Source: Octopus vulgaris
Taxonomy: Eukaryota
Direction of reading: 5' to 3'
NCBI GenBank assembly: GCA_951406725.2
Contig: OX597814.1
Location: 8,928,001 to 8,992,000 of the forward strand
Length of the DNA: 64,000 nucleotides
The first letter of the stretch is position 1; each line of letters starts with the position of its first letter. The position numbers were made by a program, and so were the translations under genes. The notes under the pieces are model-generated. The model made no database searches, was not told the DNA's origin, and worked only from the letters and a program-made list of their open reading frames with translations. This document shows positions 61,480-64,000 of this stretch, one piece after another.

Positions 61480-62852
61480 GCTGTCCACTCGTGACTGAGG
61501 AAGACCATTGCTGACATTTAGGAACATTGTGTGCTCAAGACTACCTTATACTTTGCACTTGCAGCTCCATTGGTGACTAACGAGCCTTGCACCTGACAAA
61601 CATACATGACTACGAACATTGCAGACCAAACTTTCCCCATTCACTCTGCTAGCAGTGTACTTTTGAGCAGCACACTTAAATTCTTCATGAAGAATACATG
61701 CTCTTTCATAGATGTCAACTCCCTCCTTTACCTGCTTCCTCCAACTGTAGTAACAACAAGCATTGCTCTCCCAGTCATCCCCACTTTTCACAGGTCTTTA
61801 ATGAGAACTTTACACATTTCTTATATCACAGTCTTGGCGTCTGCTAGTGTCGCTTTCCACCAACAAGTTCCCCATGTAGCATCTGTTTAGGGATCCTGCT
61901 ATCACTCATTCTAACACAGAACACAGTGCACAGTGCACACCATCACCTCAGGATGTCAGCTTTCCTCAGAACCTGTGTATCTGGAATCTTTAAGGTCCAG
62001 TTAACATTCAGAATGTGTCTCAGACATCTCTGATGGAAGTGTTCAAAGAGCTTTACAAAACATTTGTAAAGGGTCCATGTCTCACATGAGTAAAGGAGCG
62101 ATGTCAGCACACATGCACGGTACACAGCAATTTATGCTCGCTTTGTGATGCCATGCTGGGACCAGACATGAGACTGAGGAGACCAGAAGGAATCAGTTGT
62201 TCTCTGCAGCCTGAAAGGTATTTCCTCATCCAGGGAGCAAAAACGGCTGAATGTGCTGCCCAGGCAGACAAACTTGTTTACCACTTTCAGAATTGTTCCT
62301 TCAACCAAGATAGCTGATTCCACACATGGATTACCTGGTGCAGGCTGCAACATTACAACAACCTTGTTCAGTCTAATGCCTTCAACAAGCATAAGTACGA
62401 TTCATAAGTATTTGGATGTCATTCACTGTATTAGTGACTAAGTCACAGTCGTCTGCATAAAGGCAGTCATGAATAAGAGACTGGAAAACTTTTGAATTGG
62501 CAGCAAACCAGTGCAGATTAATGAGGCAGCCAGAAAACCAATACCTAACATATATTCCCAAAGAGTTAACCTTTGTAAAAGAATGAGTAAAAGAGGCAAC
62601 AAAATACAAAGAAAAGAGAGTTGCTTGACACCATTCTCTACAGGAATTGGTCCAGCCATGCCATTACCAACATTGACCTCCACCCCATCATGAAATGATT
62701 TAGTTATAGATATAAAGCGATCCAGATATTCAAGTTTGCCAAGTATTTTCCATAGAAAGACTCTACTCACAGTATCAAAGGCTTTGGTTAAATCAATGAC
62801 TACCTGGACAAGATCCATATTCTACTCATAACACTTCTCCTGCATCTGTCTC
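61480..62852 (-). mobile_element. RTE-BovB-like LINE fragment
   Basis: IDLTKAFDTVSR, LYADDC, YRACVLTSLLYSCETWTLY, FHQRCLRHIL. Confidence 0.85.
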
Positions 62853-62859
62853 TCAACAG

Positions 62860-63825
62860 TTCACAGGTTCTACAATTGTTAAGTGCAGGAGAAAATATTC
62901 TTTGTGTGCGATGATTGAGTTTTGTACAAAAAGTACTAAAATGTGCAGAAAACAGACTCCTTCAAATGCTCTGGGAGAATCCTTAGAAGTCTGTTGCTGA
63001 GGCAGCCAAGTTAGCAGCAGAGGAGGAAGTTCTGAAAGTGTGGTTGCTAGATTAAATATAGGCTGGGCAAAGTTCAGAGAGATTCTAGTTTTGTTAGTAA
63101 TTAAGGGCCTCTCCATCAGAGTGAAAGGCAGATTGTATGATGCTTGTGTGTGTACAGCTATTTTACATGACAGTGAAATATGGGCTTTGACTACATAGAA
63201 CTTGCAAATGCTTGAAAGAGATGAAGCAAGCACGCTCCACTGGATGAGTAACGTCAGTGTGCATGCACAACAGAGCGTAAATGGTTTAAGAGGAAAACTG
63301 GGTGTAAGAGGCATCGGATGTTGTGGACAAGAGAGAGGACTGTGCTGGTTTATGTGATGCATATGGATGAGGACAGTTGTGTAAAGAAGTGCCAAGCTCT
63401 AATTGTGGAAGGTACCTGTGGGAAGGGTAGATCCAGGAAGACATGGGACAAAGTGATGAGAAGGGATCTTCAGATGCTGGGCCTCACTTGGAAATGACAA
63501 TGGACCGAGTGTTGTGGTGATTTGCTGTACTTGAGAAGAAGTGTCAGGCTTAGTGACATCACTGACTTCCACACATACAGGCTTGTCATTTATAGGTGCT
63601 GGTACCACATGAAATGCATTTGTGCCAGTGTTGTTTAAATGCACCCATGCTGGTGACATATATATATATATAGCACACCCAACATACTCTGTAAAGTGGC
63701 TGGCATTAGTAAGGGGATCCAACTGTAGAAACAATACCACAACAGATAATTTGGAGTCTGGACAGCTCCCTGACAGGCCAACAGCTGTCAAACCACCTAA
63801 TCCAAACTAGCATGATGCTGATGAT
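62860..63825 (+). mobile_element. RTE LINE 3' portion, decayed
   Basis: WAKFREIL..RVKGRLYDACV..GKGRSRKTW, RTE-type tail. Confidence 0.85.
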
Positions 63826-64000
63826 ATATACATACATCCAATGAACATGCTCATACATGAAAAAAGGACAAATTAATCAATAAGAACTCTGAAATTATCC
63901 TTCTGTACAATTATAAACTAAAACGTTCTTTAATAAGATTTGAAATAAATTATATAAGAAATCCCATTTAACACTGAAGCCCTATTTGTATCAAAGCATT

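Overview
Eukaryotic, AT-rich and very repeat-dense DNA. The SINE and RTE repertoire resembles what I recall from Octopus (inference, not a database result). The only host gene is a minus-strand PARP9/14/15-like macrodomain gene. Five in-frame exons (58409 to 39262) encode the end of one macrodomain, a complete second one and a linker. Two RRM-type exons follow (27844-27608, 21619-21388), each with two apparent frameshifts. The rest is nested mobile DNA: a 115-bp SINE-derived satellite with a 230-bp dimer, a near-intact R4/Dong-like LINE in a (TAA)n tract, HERO-like, L1/Tx1-like, RTE and BovB-like LINEs, two Ty3/gypsy proviruses, pogo/Tigger, maT (DD37D) and Chapaev3-like DNA transposons, and head-to-tail Helitrons. 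Three Penelope-like (GIY-YIG) families plus a probable terminal-repeat pair each occur as inverted pairs. Most notable: a Penelope 3' cassette of tRNA-like Pol III head, microsatellite spacer and hammerhead ribozyme motifs; a second hammerhead with an extended stem II; and nested inverted repeats inside a (TA)n tract. Family names come from motif recognition only, and many element boundaries are approximate.
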